A DNA stretch of 39,567 bases from Octopus bimaculoides (lineage: Eukaryota). This document shows positions 34,467-39,567 of the stretch, one piece after another. Each line of letters starts with the position of its first letter. Within the stretch, counting starts at the first letter, position 1. Below the pieces are notes generated by a model. It made no database searches and was not told where the DNA came from. It saw nothing but the letters and a program-made list of their open reading frames with translations. The stretch covers positions 22,782,141-22,821,707 of the forward strand of contig NC_068981.1 in NCBI RefSeq assembly GCF_001194135.2, read 5' to 3'. The position numbers and the translations under genes were made by a program.

Positions 34467-35277
34467 ACATAATGACCCTTGGAAATGAAAGGTTGTGTGC
34501 TTTTTCATGTGTGTAAATTCATTTCTGTACTTACACTATGCAACAGAACCCAGGCTACTTTCTTGTGCATCACACATATACCTACATACACATATGTACG
34601 ATGGGCTTCTTTGAGGTTCTTTCTACCAAACCCACTTGCAGATGTTTGGTTGGTTTAGGGTTATAGCAGATGTCATTTTCCCAATGTGCCATACAATGGG
34701 ATGGAACCCAAAACCACATGGTTGGGACATGTGTACTCCTTCAAATTGTTTTAGCAACTTGAGATTTTTCTATACATTTATCATAAATAATTTTTCCAAT
34801 AACTGGATAACTTTCTTTTGAAAAACATTCTGACCATCAATTAGAATTGTTTTCTACTGAGAAATTCAAAGAACAGGCCTGGCATGAAGACTCAGTGCAA
34901 GCCTTCAATTCTTAAATCCCTGTTTACTTATCTTTTTATAGCTTTAACTAATTAATTCTTAGTTTTCTTAGTTTTCTTTACCTGTTATATAAGCCTCTGC
35001 TTATTAATAGTTTATAGCCATTGGCTTTTCAGTGAGTTATATTCCCTCTCACTTTATCTTAAATACTTCTATATCAGCCTCTTTTCTTATTTAATTAAAA
35101 CCCATATTCTCACTCACCGTATCCTTATCTTCCTAGAACCCCAAACTAAACACTTTGACCAATGTTTTTCCAATAACTGTGGCCCTCTGAAATTCTTTTC
35201 TTGATAGCGCTATTAATGTAACCTATTCATTCCAATTTGGAGAATCTATAAATTCTATGGGCTTGGATCTTCAGGTT

Positions 35278-35666
35278 GTGCAGGCAAGGTTCTGTGGTAA
35301 GAAGTTTGCTTCTCCACAACATGGTTCCAGATTCAGTCCCACTGTGTATCACCTTGGGCAAGTGCTTTCTATTTTAGCCTCGGGCCAACCAAAGCTTTGT
35401 GAGTGGATTTAGATGGAACCTGAAAGAAGCTGTCGTGTGTGTGTGTGTGTGTCTTTGTGTCTATGTTTGTCCCCCCACCACAGCTTGACAACCAATATTG
35501 GTGTGTTTACATCCTCATAACTTAGTAGTTCAGCAAAAGAGATCAATAGAAGTACCAGGTTTAAAGAAAAAAAGGTGAAAGTACTGCGGTTATTTCATTC
35601 AACTAAAATTCTTCAATATGGTGCCCCAGCATGGCCAGAGTCTGATCACTAAAACAAGTAAAAGTG
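35278..35666 (+). mobile_element. SINE family A, near full length, older
   Basis: gtgcaggcaaggttctgtggtaagaag...accttgggcaagtgc...aaaacaagtaaaag. Confidence 0.85.
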
Positions 35667-38415
35667 TTGACTGCCAGAAAAAAAAAGAAATTCTGTACCA
35701 TAATAATGATTAAGAAATTTTATTTTGGTCAAGTCAGTCTCTTGGTACTGTGTTTGGCTTGTGGGTTGTATAAGGACTTCAGGTAAATTTCAGTTCTATT
35801 GTATCACTTATGAAATTGGTAATTTGGACTTCCTTGTCAAATAATGTCTATTAGTTCTCCTTCATTAGTTATTTTAGCTGGAAATTGACCTCATGTGGGG
35901 AATAAAATCAAAAGTGAAAACTATCAACCATCTTGACTTACTTAAGCTACAATATTTTGTAGCTAAAGTGGTCGCTCTATATGCTAGAAATAGCAGCCAA
36001 ATCTCTCTCTCAAATCATTTGAACAGTCATAAATCAAGAAGAGTACAATGGATAGTGCATTTCTTGATATAAAAAAGAGAAAAAAACTGGTTGGTCACAG
36101 TTGAAATACTTTTGATCACAGGTCTTCTCGATCAGAGTTAACCTTGGGCTATACAAATACAAAACCTTTCTTTTCCCTTCGCTTCCCCTTATGACTTAAG
36201 GTTCTTTGGAAATGCATGAAATTTTCTCTTCTTATATGTATCTTTTACTCTACAACACTAGATATTCTAAAAGTACTGAAGTACAAGTCTATTTTTAAAA
36301 CTTTTTCTCATCCACCCCCACACTCAAATATATAATTATTCTTTTATCACTATTTCTGCACATATTTCATATTTGGCCAGTTTCATGTCGAATATAGTGC
36401 ATTGCTTTTTCTTCTTTTCCTTGTGAGAGGTGGATGATGGAGAGAAGACATCTTTCCTTATCATCCCATTTCATAGTATTTCTTAAGCTTATTTTTATCT
36501 TTATCAATTGTCTTATCTGACAAAATATCAGATTTATTCGTCAGTTATCTTATATTTTTCTCTCATTCAAATGACTTTTTTTTTTCTTTTCGGTTTGTCT
36601 GCCTATCTATCATCTCCATTTCACGTCTTGCTCTCTATTTCTTTCTCACATACACATACACACAAACACACACACACATGCTCAGCTATGTATACACTAA
36701 TATGTGTACATGTGTGGGGTTATATGTTTGTATAAGTTTTTTCTTTCACTTTTACTAAATCCACATACGTGATGAATATTAAAATGCTTAAGGCAATATT
36801 AAGCATTATTACTTAGGTATAGTGTTGTGTGCATATGTATGTCTGTAAATATGAATGGGAAAGAGAGAGAGAGAGAGAGACTAAGTATTTAAGTGTATGT
36901 GTGTTTGTAGTAAAATGGAATGAAGACTATTATTGGAGCTACCTGAAATGGCAAGATGCCATCCATGGAGATAAAGACTTTCTTGTTCATTCTCTGTTAA
37001 TATTTATTTAGCTATGGTTGAAGAAATCTAGAACACTTTAATGATGACTTATTTAGGACAGTTTGGGGTTGCCAATCAGCTTGTTGTGAGTTCAATATTG
37101 GCCTAAGGAAAACACTTTCTAGTTCATAATTTTATTTTATTTAGCAGTTTAATGTGGCTGTGTGTTTAAGAAGGTAGTTTTCCAACTACATTGTTTTGGT
37201 TTCCATCCCACTGTGCAGCCCTTTGGACAAGTGTCTTCTATCAATGCCTTCTGAGTGTATTTGGTAGATGGAAACTGTGTGGAAGCCCATCATGATGCAG
37301 TCTTCAGACCCACCATATCTTGTCAAATCATCCATGCTCCATGCAACCCTGTCAAACTTTCCCCACCCTCTCATTTCTTAGTACCTATCCCTCCATTGCT
37401 CTTCTAACTATTACACTATTCAGTTGCTGTAATTGAGAGTAAAACTACATATTTCAACCCCTTCTGAGCTACTAGTTATTCTTCTCCCTGGAATTAATTC
37501 CTTTTGGCATCCAACCCTTGTTCACAATATCATTCTTTCCACTTTATTTTCCACTGATTACCCTTTCTGTGCAAACAGTTCTCTCTCTCTCTCTTTGCCT
37601 TGAACTACATCTTAGTACTGTCATGTCTCATTCTTAATACCCTCTTGTATCTGCCATAACTGCTTCCTCACCTGTGTTAGCCTCCCACTATATCCATCTA
37701 TACCTACCTCTGACCTTCATCTTTGTCACTGTTCACTTCTCCCCATCTCTCTCTCTCTCTCTCCACTCTTCTTTTATTGCATCTCTGTTTCATGTGTCAT
37801 TTTATTTCTCATCTATCTCCAGTTTCTGCTACCTTCTACCCTTTTTGAATTCCCTTTTATCACTATCTCCTTCTTAAGCCACTTTCATTTTTCCAAGCTC
37901 ATATTTACCATTGGCCATACCTCCATCCTTATTCACCATTCACTACATTCACCCCTAACTCCATCTCTAACCATCATTAATTCTTCTCTCACATTCTTCA
38001 AAAACTTATTTACTCTGCTTTCTTAATCCTCCATCCCACTTCTATCTTCTACTCATCTTCTTGTACTTTTAGGAAAAACCCTGGTACCTTGTTCCCGCCA
38101 CTTTTATCTCTATTTCTAGTTACTCCCACCCACCCTTATAGAATATGAGGTAGTCATGTATCACCTTTATAGCAAGATACCTGTACCAGTCCTTCTATCA
38201 TGCTTAAGCCTCTTAACATCAGGCATAAAATCACATCCAACCTGTACTACACTCCCACTCAGTTGATGGATCTCATTTTACCATATATGTTACATGGCAA
38301 CCTCATAAATGCTGGTGACATGTAAAAGGTACCTGATACACTCTTTAAAGTGGGTGGCATTAGTAAGGGTTGCCAAAACATGGATGATAGGTGTTGAATA
38401 ATAATGATGATGATA

Positions 38416-38471
38416 TGTGTGTGTGTGTGTGTGTGTGTGCGTGTGTGCGTGTGTGTGTGTGNNNNNNNNNN

Positions 38472-38532
<61 letters not shown>
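38416..38532. repeat. (TG)n microsatellite spanning a small gap
   Basis: TG run on both sides of a 10-N gap. Confidence 0.95.
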
Positions 38533-38534
<2 letters not shown>

Positions 38535-38596
38535 TTTAAAGATCCACTAGAGGTAGAATCAATGAAAAAAGTACTTCATCCAGTAAGAGATAACTG

Positions 38597-38802
38597 TCAA
38601 TTTAAATACACAATCGAAAGAGCTACTAAGAGTTTCATGCTATTATGATGCTTGAACAGGCATGTCTATAAAATACGCCATGTATCTCTTTCAGGCTGAA
38701 AGATTGCTTTAAAATACATGGCGTATTTTATAAATATGCCTGTTCAAGTATTATAAAAGCATGAAATTATTAGTAGCTCTTTCAGTTGTGTATTTAAATT
38801 GA
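38597..38802. repeat. 206-bp fold-back palindrome (MITE-like)
   Basis: Arms 38597-38685 and 38714-38802 are 80/89 identical without gaps. Confidence 0.93.
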
Positions 38803-38869
38803 TATATATATATATATATATATATATGTGAGTAAAAATAAATACAAAAAAAGGGTTTTGTATGATCGT

Positions 38870-39567
38870 GTATAGATATAATGGTAGTTAAAAGGGACAC
38901 CGCCATTACCACAGATATATATTACAAACCCACAGACACACACCAATACTTGAACTTTAAATCGTGCCATCCACCCCATACAAAACGCAACATTCCATAC
39001 TGCCTAGCCAGGAGAATATGTACTATTGTAGAGGATATAGAGACCAGAAATCAACGCCTAATGGAACGGAAAGAATTTCTGCTAAAGCAAAAGTACCCAT
39101 CAATACTCATAGAAAATGGTATTCAGCGGGCTTCGAAAATACCCATACAACAACTGAGGACACCACAAAGAAGAGACAAACAGAAAAAGATCATTCCATT
39201 TATAGTGACACAAGATCCATGCATGCCACCAGAACATCTTTAATATCGCCAAAGCGAACTTACCGATCCTTGCACAAAGTAAGGAATTGAGAAATATCAT
39301 TACAGATCAAAATATAACTCTCAGTAAGAGACAACCTAAAAACTTGAAAAAGCTATTAACAAAGGCAAGGTTTGACCTCAGCAACAAAAATCAAACATTC
39401 ACTGTATCCAAATGCAATGATAGCCGATGCGGTACATGCCGATCAATTCATACCGGCCCATATATGAACACAAAAACAGGGAAAATATTCACCAATGCGA
39501 ACATGAACTGCAAAAGTAGAAATCTAATCTACTGCATCAAATGCCCTAATTGTGAAGAACTGTACGT
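38870..39567 (+). mobile_element. Penelope-like retroelement: RT C-terminus/thumb, Cys linker and start of GIY-YIG endonuclease; 5'-truncated and cut by the window end
   Basis: TDIYYKPTDTHQYLNFKSCHPPHTKRNIPYCLARRICTIV, then after one frameshift SKRQPKNLKKLLTKARF...KCNDSRCGTC...MNCKSRNLIYCIKCPNCEELY. Confidence 0.95.

Noticed and set aside
956-38979. His-rich, (IY)n, (CV)n, (HT)n and X-filled ORFs in the track
   Set aside because: They are translations of microsatellites, low-complexity tracts and N-gaps.

Overview
This is AT-rich, microsatellite-dense eukaryotic genomic DNA with seven N-gaps. The SINE and MITE families look like those of coleoid cephalopods (probably Octopus; this is from recall, not a search). 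There is no prokaryotic-type operon, CRISPR array or true RNA gene. Most of the window is intron or intergenic sequence packed with mobile-element relics: at least four tRNA-head or (TGA)n-tailed SINE families, CR1/L2, RTE and Dong/R4-like LINE fragments, a piggyBac transposase remnant with two TTAA MITEs, mariner and Tc1/pogo MITEs, and a nearly intact Penelope-like RT/GIY-YIG fragment at the right edge. Nearly all ORF-track entries are repeat or gap artefacts. Reading splice signals by eye suggests the 3' end of a + strand gene built from small phase-1 exons (4361-4417, 5937-5984, 12746-12808) with two candidate last exons (15150 and 26633). A possible convergent - strand gene ends near 28988. 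I could not identify either protein. Several long fold-back structures (13346-13519, 15715-15880, 38597-38802, and inverted SINE pairs) are candidate dsRNA/ADAR substrates. I found no convincing novel multi-gene system; the best leads are the micro-exon gene with alternative ends and the hairpins.
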